NCBI GenBank assembly: GCA_051294375.1
Contig: CM119268.1
Span: forward strand, 6,705,232 to 6,769,231
Origin: Paraspadella gotoi
Lineage: Eukaryota; Animalia; Chaetognatha
DNA: 64,000 nt
Direction: 5' to 3'
The notes under the pieces are model-generated. The model was not told the DNA's origin. It made no database searches and saw nothing but the letters and a program-made list of their open reading frames with translations. Made by a program: the position numbers and the translations under genes. Below, piece by piece: positions 26,528-38,882 of this stretch (its first letter is position 1; every line of letters starts with the position of its first letter).

Positions 26528-28245
26528 TTTCAGCTTCTTTCACTGCGGGAAAGGGTGGGAATCGCGTAAAACGACGGGGAGCCATCACTGAGTCGCCACG
26601 GGGATAACGAGACTAAGCATTAAAACTTGACTTGACCCAAAACACACTCGACGCTGCGGGTCTGTTACAGTTAATTAGTAACCAAGTTTTAAATGAATCT
26701 TACTTTTTTTTCCTGTTGCAATTGGGCTTTCTTATTTTTTTTTAGGATGATTCGAAAGAAGACACAAAACCGAAAGAGTCGCATGACGAAGCTATGGATG
26801 AAGACGATGAGGACGGCCAACTCGTCATCGCTGAAGATGCTGAGCCACAACAACAACACCCGCGACCACCGCAAAAAAGCGAGGAACTTAGAACGTGTGA
26901 CGATGGCTCTTCGCTCGAGCCGGGCGCGACCGACGATGGATCGGAAAGCCGAGACGAATCTCAAGAACCTTCCTTTTTCGGAGAAGGTCATAGGGAGGAT
27001 GGAGAAGTTCAGGATGAAATGCCGAGTCCGGTTGCGCCAGAATTCGAGGAGGGAGAAGCCGAAGACATCGTAGTTTTAGCCATCGACGAAGAAAACCCTG
27101 GGCAGCAGCCAGCCGTCGTTACTGAAGCAAAGTTTGAGCATCCACCCCCGCCGTCTTTTGAAGCGTCCGGTACGGTTCCTCGTAACGCTGGAGAATCCTC
27201 ACAGGGTTCGCCCGCTGCCGCCTTTCCTCCTCCGGCCTCTATCACGAATCGGCAGCACTATGCTACGGAAGCTTGGATCAAAGCGCAAGAGCGCCTTCGT
27301 CAGCAGCAGCAAATGCAACAGGAGAGAATCGGACTGAAACAGAAGCGTGACCACATACTGCAGGCATTTAAGGCCAGCAAAGCCGCGCGCAAAATGGCGC
27401 CCTCCGCTTCTGGCGGCCACCACTCTCGCGCTCCATTATGGCATAAACCGGGAAGCGGGAAATCGGCCGGGCAGCAAACCGTCAACGGTTCCGCGGCAGG
27501 GAACCCAACGAACCGTTTTCAAGGAGCGGCCGCCAGTAAGCGGAAGCAAGATTCACAGAAGTCATATCCGCCGATCATCGGAAATCCGGGATCCTCCCCT
27601 CACAGCCTCGACTACCTTCAGAACTTCGAACTTCCGAAGTCAACGGCTTATTTCGAGGACGTACCGAAGAACCAGAGCGGCGGAGTCGAGGTCCCCTCGC
27701 CGCCTCCTTTTGCTTTCTCTCCGTCCAAACCGCCGCCGCCTCCTTCGCTCAGCCCTTATCCGTCCAACGACAACCCCATGGTGCCTTTGCCGCCGGGCGC
27801 GGTTCCACCACCACCGCCCAATCTTTTTCCACACCCAAACTATTCTCCGTCCTCCGTCGGGGACCACCGCGCGCCATCTTTTGTTCCCGATTCGGACGTC
27901 GTATTTCCCTCGGCGTCGACAGCGCTGATTCCGCACCACGGCCCAACGCTTTTTACCAACGCCGCCGTCGGCTTACATCCCGACTTCCTGCGCGGAGAAT
28001 TCGGTGACTTTGCCCCGACGACGACTGCTGGCGTTCTCTCCGCCGCCGCCGCCTCAGGTGCCAACTTTCAGAACGCCGCGAAGAAAAAGAAGAAAAAGAC
28101 GGCTTCGAAGTCGCCGGGGGAAAGCGGCGCCGGCTGCGGGGTCTCGTCCATAAGCGATAAAGATCAAGCACGAAAGGAACGTCACAGGATGTACATGAGA
28201 AAGTGGCGCGAAAAGAGAAAGTCAGAGGGTCTTGCTTTGTACTAA
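23284..28245 (+). CDS. Uncharacterised putative nuclear regulator: MADS-like segment near the N-terminus, Pro/Ser-rich disorder, C-terminal bZIP-like basic region without a zipper (7 exons)
   Basis: Phase-compatible GT-AG exons: 23284-23328, 23532-23687, 23761-23924, 23999-24406, 24471-24739, 24859-24948, 26747-28245. Exon 3 encodes AMLEHALRLSSLIDADVFILIETP; the C-terminus has an NLS-like KKKKKK and ARKERHRMYMRKWREKRK. Confidence 0.75.
26165..26365. repeat. Intronic (CTTT)n/polypyrimidine low-complexity tract
   Basis: Degenerate TTTC repeats; a similar tract lies at ~34915-35090 in an HPS1 intron. Confidence 0.9.
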
Positions 28246-30032
28246 CCTTTTTAAAAATCTAAATGAATTTTTATAAATTCTTTTCTGTATTATTTTGGAC
28301 GCGGGGTTACGTATACTTGCACTTTCTCCATCGTATAACTTTAAAAATTCATTCTTTGATTCTAGTGATTTTAGAAATAGGGATTGGTTCCTTGTTTTCT
28401 TCCCAAACAATGCAGACTTACATTCCAGTTTAGTTTCTTATTTATATACAAGATTTGTTAAAACGCATTGTTGTTACTGCATTGATTGCACATCTATGTC
28501 TTGTATATTGATTTTTAACTATTTTTAACTTTCCTTGTGGAGGTTGATCTCTTTCTTCATTTTTTTTTAAGCTTGATTTTCGAAGCAACAACGGCATCGT
28601 CACCAACAGTATTTTTTTGTACAAAATTTACTTTGATGTTCAGTATTGCTTAGGATGTAATTTTGTCCTTCAATGCTGTGATACACCATATGCCTTCGAG
28701 GAATATAAGTATTTATTGTGTGAATAATTTTTTTATTATTGATCATTCAAATTTATCAATAGGTATTAGGTAATGTTTCAATAATTAGTAGTTCAAAACA
28801 AAGAAAAGTACGGTCATCAATAGCTTCCCATTTCGTTTTATAAGTCAATAGTGAGTCAAAAGCAGACAAGTCACAATGCCATTTCCAAAAAAATGCTGAA
28901 GTACAGAAAATATATGGAATCAATATATTGATGATAAAGCATACCCAAGACCTCGGATGAAATCTATATTTAAAATGATCCAATCTGTAACCCAGAGAAT
29001 AAAACTGATATAATAATTTTCAAGTTCTATTAAATAATAATAATAATAATGTTTAAGTTCTATGTTATTTCAAGGGATGTCGTCCGTCAAGTCGTCCGGC
29101 CTTTGTTGATTCTCCTCGAACATCGATGGGCGAGTAGAAGTTCCAAGATTACAAGCTAGGACAAATATGTTCTCGAATGTTCCAAACCCCTCTGGTCCTA
29201 CAAAAGAAATGAAAAGAACATCGAGCAAAGCAACATAAAACTAAAATGTAATTTTTGCATCAGACTCAAAAATCGGTTTGTGGTACAAGTTACAGTTATT
29301 TTCAAATTTTTAAGGGCTCAAATTAGAGATGAAAGTAATAATGGTCTCACCTTCAAGAGCGAGGTCGTCGGAAGGATCTGCGTTGTCGATGTACTTCTCA
29401 CAAAAAGGATTGATGCTGCAGCCGACGTAAACCTCGGGTTGTCTATGAATCTGAATACCATATGGGAAACCAGGTTAAAAAGTTTTATTTCATTTAATCA
29501 TTCTCTGATCATCTAAGGCAAGAAAGACTGGCTGTTTTAATTCCCTTCCGAGTTTACTTATTTTAAACCACCAGGAAAGCATAAAGTTATAACGTAATAA
29601 CCTTAAAATAAATATGACTTAACCACAGGTAAACAACAGTTAGTTTTAAAAAGGACCTTTCTGCGTAGACCCCAAATTTTCTGAGTTGGCTTGTCCGACG
29701 TACTATTTATGACGTCGGATACGGACAAACGAATATGAATCTAAATTCATAAAGATAATAAAGATATCGCAAATCTTTCATAAATGATTAAACGACTGTT
29801 TTAAAAAAAGGGGTGTATGATCGATTGATCTAATCTGACTCGAAATTGTCGGACTCAGAGATCTTCCCGTTTCAGATAAGAACCAGAGCGACTAGGTTGC
29901 GATCGACTCCGCGACGACGTGACTCATCATTTTTCCCAAGACGAATTCCTACGAGAATTTAACGGAAACTTTTATTCTATTGGAGAATATAAGCGACGGA
30001 AAAAAAGACTTCTTCTCTGGCTTTCCACCATC

Positions 30033-30611
30033 ATGTCTCCCTTATTCGTCTATATCGTATCTGCGGCTGCATTGCTGAAGGTCGTCTGGGCGGCCTCACT
30101 GACGCCCTCGCCCACTAACACATCGATTTCTTCGACCCCGGTGCCCTCACTGGACGAGCGGTGCGCAAAGGCTGTCTCCAACGAATCCGATGCCGACGAC
30201 AACTGTAACTCCTGCGTATCAGCAGAAGATGGCCAATGCTACTATTGCTACGTGGACAAAAGCTGCCGGGGTTTTTTCACCACCAACATCTTCCACACGC
30301 CCAAAGAATGTGCCTATACCCAAGCGCGAATCTGGAACTGCTCCATCAATCTCCAGGTCATGGCCATCACGCTGATGTCGGCCTTCGGAGTTCTGCTACT
30401 GCTGATCCTTTGCTGCTGTTGTTACTGTTGCTGTTGTCGACGCTCGGAGGGAACGACGCGGTGGAAAAAGGAGCTGAAGCGGCTGGAGGACGACCGAAAG
30501 CGTAGAAAGGAACAGGCGGATGAACGAAGAAAGGAAAGAGAAGCCCGTTACGAGGAGATCCGGCGGAAGTACGGACTCAACGACTCCAAACCGGGATACA
30601 AGCGGATGTAG
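30033..30611 (+). CDS. PTTG1IP: PTTG1-interacting protein (PBF)-like type I membrane protein, single coding exon
   Basis: Signal peptide MSPLFVYIVSAAALLKVVWA, PSI-like domain (CNSCVS...CYYC...C...C...C), transmembrane helix, juxtamembrane CCCCYCCCC, basic tail ending EEIRRKYGL...GYKRM (YxxPhi sorting motif). AATAAA at 30691. Confidence 0.9.
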   Translation: MSPLFVYIVSAAALLKVVWAASLTPSPTNTSISSTPVPSLDERCAKAVSNESDADDNCNSCVSAEDGQCYYCYVDKSCRGFFTTNIFHTPKECAYTQARIWNCSINLQVMAITLMSAFGVLLLLILCCCCYCCCCRRSEGTTRWKKELKRLEDDRKRRKEQADERRKEREARYEEIRRKYGLNDSKPGYKRM

Positions 30612-30954
30612 TTGATGAAGCAAGTTGGACGAGAAGACGCGAGCCGAGACTGTCTGCTTTTCGGAAAAGGGGAATCCAATTTTAAACCTTAATAAAAATT
30701 AAATTGTGACAAAATCAAAACAGCTAATCGAGTTCGTAGATCTTTTTTTTGTGATTTTGGTTTATTCTACTTGAAAACGTTCATTGTTTCGCTTTTCCAT
30801 GCCCCCTGTTTTTATGATCAATTACTTTCTGGTGAAAAAAAAGTTTTTATTTCACCCGCATTGTTGGTAGAATCGTATTTCTTGCACAGGCGAGATATTT
30901 TTAGCTTAACATATTTCTTTTGCTGGTTAGTTTCGGAAAAGTAAAGTTCGAAAG

Positions 30955-33900
30955 ATGTGGGGCATGCTTATTTTCGACATGGTGAGTAGCGACGTCGTTT
31001 ATTACGACATGGACTCTGCTTACCACGATTATCTCGTGGACCTGGCCGTAAAGCGTCATCTATTGTCGGCGACATCGGCGCGATCATGTGGCCCGAACGA
31101 TGACGACTGGATGAACGCTTTGATGCAAATCTTCTCTAGCCTCGTTCAATCACAGAGCGTCATGCAGGCAAGGTTATTGGAGATACCAATCTGATAGGCA
31201 ATAAGGAATACTCCGCTTCCTCAGGCCAACTTCAAAAACACCTACAAGTCGGCTCGGCTCGACGGAGGAACTCAACTGGTCTTCCACATTTACGACAAGT
31301 TTCTTTTTATCAACACAAGACGAAAACAAACCGACGACGGAGACGAGGTGGTAGATGAATCTTTCGAACGACGGATGGCTTTAGAACTCATCGTCCTTCA
31401 TAAGATCGTCCACTTTCTCCATGGACCCGCCTTCCAGAAGTTGAAGCCAATCGTCGTCGGCAACCGAGTGGATGAATGGAGGCGAATTCAGGGGATTTTT
31501 CAAGCTTGGTAAATGGTAAACCAAGCACAAATTTTTCTGGATTTGAATGCTTTATTCCTTGAAAAATTGGTAAGGTGGACGCTGTACGAATTGGAGACAT
31601 CCTTTCTGACACTGTCAACGGAGCATCTGAACTTTAACGAGTTTACAATGAGGAAGATAGAACAGGTGACAAGTAAACTTTTACACCGATTACCGTAGGC
31701 ACGAAGACTTATTGTTGTTTGCTAAATGGGGCAAATTAGCACGTATTCTCAGGTTCTTCGAATGTCTGTTGGCGAACTCGAAAGAATAGGCGACAAGAAA
31801 GTCACGCATGCTTTTCTCATTTCCGGCGCCAAGGTCAGAGCGGTTCGGTTTTAGAGTGGAAAGTAGGTTATAATAATAATAACTTATATATAGGAATGTC
31901 GCCCTATTTTAATGAAACATTGCTAATGAAATAAAAAAGACGATGTTGTTGGCAGAAAACATAAAACTTAACTGCTGCGAACAGAATTGATATAGACATT
32001 TACTTTTGAACCATACGGAATTCATATTTTTCTTCCCGGTCAAGATCATTTCCCACTATGTGTCCTCGCTTGGTCTCGGCTACGATGCCGTCGGTTCCGC
32101 TGGGGCCGGAATCGGTCCCGCTCGATTCAACCGTGATATGGAGGCGCTTCGTCTGGGGATGAAGCAGACGATTCAGCCGCACGACGTGCTGCTAATTCTC
32201 GCTCTTATTCAGTACTATTATGGAACTGGTGACGTCGGTGACATAATTCGGGTATGTAGAAATTTTGCGCGAATTGATATACAATAAAAATATCTTTAGA
32301 GACAAAATTTGTACATAATAGCGGTATTAAAAATAAGCATGAAGTTAAAACTTCATAAATACTTCATCTTTACTCAGGGTGACTTGATCAAATTCACGGC
32401 TAAAAGAAACTCCGCGTCATCGGAGGGGAGAAGCACTTTTGAGAGCGACGTCGAGGCGAGCGGGGTCTTCGGGAGATTTTGAATCTTGTTGAGATAGCTG
32501 GATTGGCGGGTTCTCTAACTTCTCCGAATCGTCGTCCCAGACGTTTTGCGACGATGACGAAGATGACGACGTTTTAACCGAAGAATTTTACGACACGGAC
32601 GCTGACGTCGGCGCCGTTCACTTTGACGACGTTGGTGTGGCGAGATTTGAAAAAAGCAGTGCCACCGATGGCGCTGCTAGCGGCTCGGGCGGAAGCGAGG
32701 AGGTTTATCACAGCTCGAAGGACGAAGACAGGTTTGTTGGGCATTTTTTTTAGGAATGACATCTAGTCTGTGAGTGTTAGTTGTCAACTTCTAATGGACC
32801 ACCTCACACTATCGTAGCGGTGAAGATCCAGATCCTGAGACCCAAAAATTTTTATCCACTTTCGCTCCGAATGAATTTCCATCACGCATCACTCTTGACG
32901 TCGGGGCCAAGCGATGCCCCTTGGATGTTTCCTCAATCAGAGGTTAGTGTGAATTGGGGTACTTTAATACTAAGGATAGGGATTTTAAAATATGCTGATG
33001 GGTTTTAAACTTAAAAATTCAAACTGGTATATTAAGGAAGCTCACTCATTTGTTGTTTTAGTCTCCTAATTTTTTTTTCTTATATGTCTTCTGGTGTTTT
33101 AACAATACCCGTTTAATTTCAAAGAAGTTAGTGTTCAAAATTTTAACCTCACTCATAAGTTATTATTACATATATTTTCTACCATTTATGAGTTACAGAC
33201 GGTCCCGAGTTCGCAGATTCGTTGGACATAATCACTTGGACGATCTTTTTGACTTTTGCCGGCGACGCGTTTCACCCACACAAGATTCACCTCGTTCCCA
33301 TTCACCAAGGAATCGTTTTGGTCATCCTCACGGCTTTGGGTGAGAATCTGGCAGTGCTCAGCCATAATTTTATGATTTTAAAATCAGTGCATTTCAGGGA
33401 CCCGTGCTCATTACAGCGCGCTTAATCGATGCCTGAAACTGTTTCAACAGCTTCTGAACGTTAATGACAAGAACTATCAGGTGGAACGATTAGTTTCAAT
33501 TGATTCTTTGATGGAGTGATTGTATGTATTGTATTGATATATAGACCTCTCATTTCGCTAGCCTCCCACCTTGCCAAAACTTGAGGCTGCTGTCAAAGGA
33601 TGTGCTCAAGTCATGCGACAAGTTAAGCTCTCGTCAGACTCGATACTCAACCTGTGGGGCCGAATCAAAGACAAGGGAAAGCTACAGGTTTGAGCGCTTT
33701 TGACCTTTTTGTCTGAACCCTGAAATGCTGATTACCATCCTATATCTTTTAGACTTATTTGGAAAACGCGACTAAACCGCGAAGCCCAAGCGGGTGTAGC
33801 CGTTTCCCACCGCGAAGATCCTTATCGAAAAGCGAGGAGCCCGCAATCATGTCTCCACTCCTGGAGAATCTCCTCAGCAGTTTCGTCGAGAAAGTCAAGA

Positions 33901-34946
33901 GCGGCTTGATGCACTACAAGGATCTTCGGAACGACCGGTTGCCTTCAGAGGAAAAGTACGCTAATAAACTTTACGCCATGCAAAAGTTTCATCTTATGCC
34001 CATGTTGCACGATTTCAAGGAGTTTCTACAGGTGATACGAATTCAACTGAGATTGCCCATTAGTTTAAAAGCTATTCTGGTGTTTCTGGGAAGGATTTTA
34101 TTATTTAGGCAGATTTTTAATTTTTTTTAAATTTTATTTGTTCATGTTTAAGATAAAAAGTTGGCAAAACACTACTGGCTCTCATTACATCGAGCTCTAT
34201 CCCGGACTTGTTCACTTTATTTTCGTGGACAGACTTACGAACCATCTTGTGGCTCCCTCTTTGGACTTGGCCACTCCAGTTACAGACGATAATAAAAAAG
34301 ACAACGTCGACAAGTTGAAAGGTGGGTAACATCAACATTAACAGCGACAAAAATGTATAAGTTTATGTCCAACAAACATTAAACAAATTTAATTATTAGT
34401 GAATAGTTTTCAGTGGTATTAGTGCATGACTATTCGAGTTTTTCATTTTCTGACAATTTAAGCAAACCCGATAACTTAGTTGAAAGAAACAAGTTGTATA
34501 AAAATTACAATATAAATATTAACAAAGTATTGAAAGAGCTAAATTTTTATTCAAATCCCATAATTTCAGCCATAATTTGGTCCAAGTTCGAATGGTGTCG
34601 GCAGCAACTTCAGTGCGGCTTTCGAACCCTTACCCTCGTGGAAGATCCCTTCCAGTTCTCCTATTTCGTTGTTTCGGGTCACGTCAGCGAAGCTCTGCCA
34701 TCGTCGTCACCGGCGACTCGGACGCCAACGCTGCTGTCGCCGATCGCCGTGACGCCGATATCGGTCAACGTTGACGAAACACGACATTCCGTCATGTCCC
34801 ATCCGCAGGTCATTCTCATCAAATTAGAAATACTCGTTAATGGTGATCACTTATTTTATGGAGGCTAATTTAATAATGTATGTTTGTTTGGGTTGGTCTG
34901 TCTGTCTCTGTCTGTCTTTTTTTCTTCTTCTTTCTTTCTTCTTTCT

Positions 34947-34990
<44 letters not shown>

Positions 34991-35491
34991 TTTCTTTCTT
35001 TTTTCTTTTTCTTTCTTTCTTTCTTTCTTTCTTTTATTTTTTCTTTCTTTCTTTTTTTTATTTCTTTATTTCTTTCTCTCCACTCTTTTTTTCTATTCAT
35101 TTTTCTTAGTATATAAATTTTTTTCCCCTTTTTCTTCTGTTCTTTATTTTTTTCCCTTTCTTATTTTTTCCATTTTTTATGAAAATTGGCGAAATTACTT
35201 GTTTTTATAATTATAAAGGTTTTAATATTTAATCTATATTATTTAATTATATATATTGCTTTTTAAATTTTTAAAAATATTTCTTCTTTTCTCTTTCTTC
35301 AGGATTTTTTTCTGTCCGTCCTAAAATCGACGCTCGCCCCCTCGGTGACGGTCCCGTCATCATCAAACGCTTTAACCGGCGCCGACGTCGTTTGCGTGGA
35401 ACTCTTCGCCGTCCATCTCGATGAAGTCCCTAGGAGCGTCATCTTCCGCCACGCCTCCGCCCTCTTAGACGAATTAAGAGCGCGCGAGTAA
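30955..35491 (+). CDS. HPS1: Hermansky-Pudlak syndrome 1 protein (BLOC-3 subunit, tri-longin Rab32/38 GEF)
   Basis: N-terminal longin MWGMLIFDMVSSDVVYY...LMQIFSSLVQSQSVMQANFKNTYKS; HAFLISGAK; QPHDVLLILAL; PHKIHLVPIHQGIVLVIL; YPGLVHFIFVDRLTNHLVAPSL; C-terminal ELFAVHLDEVP...LLDEL. These follow remembered HPS1 blocks in order. Many short exons; some internal boundaries are approximate. Confidence 0.85.
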
Positions 35492-35733
35492 CGAGAACTT
35501 GTTGGAGATGCGGGGAGAATCAGAATCGAGCAGCGACGACAACAACAACGATAACGACCAAATTTTTCCCGTGACTGACTATAAACTGTATTCCTTATTC
35601 CTTATGGCTTTTCATATGGAAATTAAAACTTTTTTGATTTCAATCTGCGAAAATAACTTCTCAAAAATGCATTCGCATTTAAAAAAAATTTGTACCACAA
35701 ATGTTCGTGCAAATATCGCTTTTGGCGTCACAA

Positions 35734-36840
35734 TCACCAGTCTACGCTCTACAATGTAAAATCAACATTATGAAGAATCTAATTAATTTTATTAAATTAC
35801 TCACCCAATCCACATCGGGGTTTTGCAAGATGTTTGTCTCCCGCCATTTGTCGACAATCTTTTGTATCGTGAGCTTGTAGAGCTCCTGCGTCTCTGTCGG
35901 AGTCATGGCGACTGGATAGAACAGTAAATATGAATATATACCGCTTGTGAAAACGTTTACAAAAATTGATTGGGCAAGCAGCTTAGTTAATCAAAAAAGT
36001 TCCATATACTTGGTCCAACGCCGGGGCTGTAGTTGACGGCGCCCACGCAGCCGATGTATCCTGAGTCCACCGTAGTTAAGCACTGGCCCGTCAAGTTCTT
36101 CCAATCCTGCAACCAACCTCGCGCGTTCTCGCAACCGCTGAAGAATCGACCCGCTTCCGTCGTCAGGTAGTCGCGGTCCCAACCCTTCGTGTGAGACATT
36201 AAATATTTGGCTTACCAATATCATATAAGCGGAGTGATGGGAATACAGTTAAGTTTGTCATTCTAAATTAACAAATGAACAAATTAACAGTAGGCATTAA
36301 AGTATTATCATAATTAGATAAAATCTCAAATTTTGGTACCTAAAAGAGACGGACTGACAATTTTCAAAAAAGAACGTAAGTTTCAAACCGCCCCCTTGTC
36401 ACGCCCCTTCAAAAATTCTCTACCTTCATATTCTCAATGAACTGTTTGAGCAGTGATGACACATGTTCTTGCGCCCAAGGGGGAGTCGCATATCCAAGTT
36501 TGTCTGGAGATTGACCTGTCAAGAAAATTTCGTATTCTGCCAGTCATTTAGAATGGTTTACTGACATAGCTAGTATCTAACTAGTTCTTATTGGCTTGTA
36601 TAAATTCATAAACATCGTTTAAATGTTAAACATGTTACTGATGTTAGAATCAAAATGTTAGGTAAATATTTCCTTTGTTCGAGGGGTGAAACTTATATTG
36701 CACGGTTAAAGGCGATTTTGGTTCTTGTAGTAGTTGAGTTAAACAGAGTTTGTTTTTTAACGTTCTTCAATCTTCAGTTAATAACTTTTGTGACGACTTT
36801 GTAAAGGAGTCTTATTACCTTTGGTGAAAGCCTCCGACAT
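35734..36840 (-). CDS. Small orphan protein (~136 aa, 5 exons), function unknown
   Basis: Phase-consistent GT-AG splicing gives MSEAFTKGQSPDKLGYATPPWAQEHVSSLLKQFIENMKGWDRDYLTTEAGRFFSGCENARGWLQDWKNLTGQCLTTVDSGYIGCVGAVNYSPGVGPIAMTPTETQELYKLTIQKIVDKWRETNILQNPDVDWSVDW*. Exons are GC-richer than the flanking introns. Confidence 0.65.
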
Positions 36841-37182
36841 GAGAGTAAAAAATCCGAAATTACGACGGAAATGGAAATGTTTTCGGCCACATTTCGAAGT
36901 TGTTATTTTTTAAGTTTTTTAATATAAATTTAATTGGAACAATATTTTTAAAGGACGAAGAAAGATTTATTGCGAACCACGACGCTCAAACGCAAAAAAA
37001 AAAATCAGTGACCGTCATTTAAGTCATCGTTTCGTAGTTTCTTCTCGTCCTTCTGGAATTATTCATTGGGATTTTCTCAAGTAAAAACTTCTCATCTATT
37101 CTTTCGAGTTTTCGGTGACGAGCCGTGCAAAGCAGGGATAGGAGGGAGTGAATCACCAAAACAGAAAAATATCGGGAGAAAG

Positions 37183-37229
<47 letters not shown>

Positions 37230-38511
37230 GGATCGAAAAACAAAATAAAATCGGGTGCGAATAAGGAAAACTTACGAAATCACAAGTAACGAAGAAAGTG
37301 ATTGTAAGCGACCTTTTAAACGTTCCGAGTGACGTCACGCAAAACAGGATCACCCTAATCCTTATTTTGCTAATTTTCGATAATATATAGAAAATGGTAA
37401 CTAATTTTTTACTTATTTTACTATTAACATTCATTTATTCGGTCAATAATTCAATTCAAAGCTCTTTTTTTATTTTCGTTAATGAGCTGAAAGTTTTTCT
37501 TGCGTTATCGTATCTATTTCTCCCAGATTATTTGTTTGTTATGATTCACATGAAGGATAAAAGAAGTTCCTCGAGTTGAGATTCCGGAACTAAAATTCAT
37601 TCGTTTAGCTTTAATTTTGATTTAGCAAAATACTCGCTTTTAATCCACAGCAAAGTTAGGATCTTAGTCGAGGAAATCGGAAAATTATTGGAATAAATAC
37701 AATATAATATAAGGTTTTAACTTTTATATTTTTTATACATATTCGGATAGTCCCTTGGCAGTTTATACATTTTTTTCCTTTTCGAAAAGAAAATGATAAT
37801 TTGATAAATAAATTTATGGCACAATAAATTATTTATCATATACTTCTCTTCTTCTAGTAGTAGATGAAATCAACAGATTGTTTCATTTTTTGCAACAATC
37901 ACACACAAAAAAAAGTCCCGAGAGTTTAACCTGCTCTGTACTTCTATTTTCTGAAATTCCATAAACATTGTGGAAATGGCAACAAATACTTATATCGACG
38001 TCGAATAACTTGGTCACTGACATCGCGTGACGAGCTGTTGCTCTTTTATTTCGTTCGCCGGCGAATTCGCTCCTCAAAAGACAAAGCACTGATACTGTTT
38101 AAAAAAAAAAAAGACAAAAAAAGCAAAAAAAAAAAAAGACAAAACAGGGATCTTTACTCTTAAGAATGCCATCAACTACGACAAAAATTTTTTTGAATAA
38201 CGGTTAGATATTACTTTCACTTTGTAATATATATGTATGTTCAAATGTACTTCATTAAATATTTACTGCAACCCAATAATTGTCAAGCTTTTTCACGAAA
38301 ATGTATCATATTTCTATATTTACATTGAAAATATATTTGTATCCTTAACTATCCTTATTGTTAATAAATATTACTATTTTTAGAAAGAAGTTATGCAACT
38401 AATTTTTTGGGCAAGGTTATATAATTTTGGCCGGCAAAGAATGGGAGAGTCGAGAACGCGAAAAGGAAAAAAAATCAATTTAATGCGGAGAGCGAAGAAA
38501 AAGAGAGAGAG

Positions 38512-38556
<45 letters not shown>

Positions 38557-38882
38557 GAATATATCACAAACAACAGAGACGGAGACGATAGAATCCTTTC
38601 GTGCGATCGCGATCGTCTCATCGTCGTCCCCCCCCCCCTTTTTCGAAGTCCATCCCTTCATTCCGCCGCGCGGAGGCATAAACCGTCCCGGCCTCTGACA
38701 AGGACGGAACTCACTCGTTCTCTCGATGCTGCAGTTCGGTAAGACGAGAGCATTTCGGGTAAGTTCTCGCTCGGAGTGAAAGAGAGAGACAAGAGTCTCT
38801 TTCGTCTCCCTCGCTTCCCCTCCGGATGATGGGAGGTGGGGATCGTCGAAAAAAGAAGGATAAACAGAAGGGACGCGACACC

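Noticed and set aside
25899-26607. Long ORFs rich in LS, ER or FFLS (also 34840-35210, 50086-50568, 51766-54681, 56377-57114, 58406-60084)
   Set aside because: They are translations of (CT)n and (CTTT)n microsatellites inside introns.
29919-30032. Upstream in-frame extension of the PTTG1IP ORF
   Set aside because: It begins at GTG; the ATG at 30033 directly starts a signal peptide.
36215-36262. Putative mini-exon with an in-frame TGA (NDKLNCIPITPLI*Y), suggesting a selenoprotein
   Set aside because: Its donor is phase 2, which throws the next exon out of frame. Skipping it gives a clean phase-0 junction, and I could not identify a SECIS.
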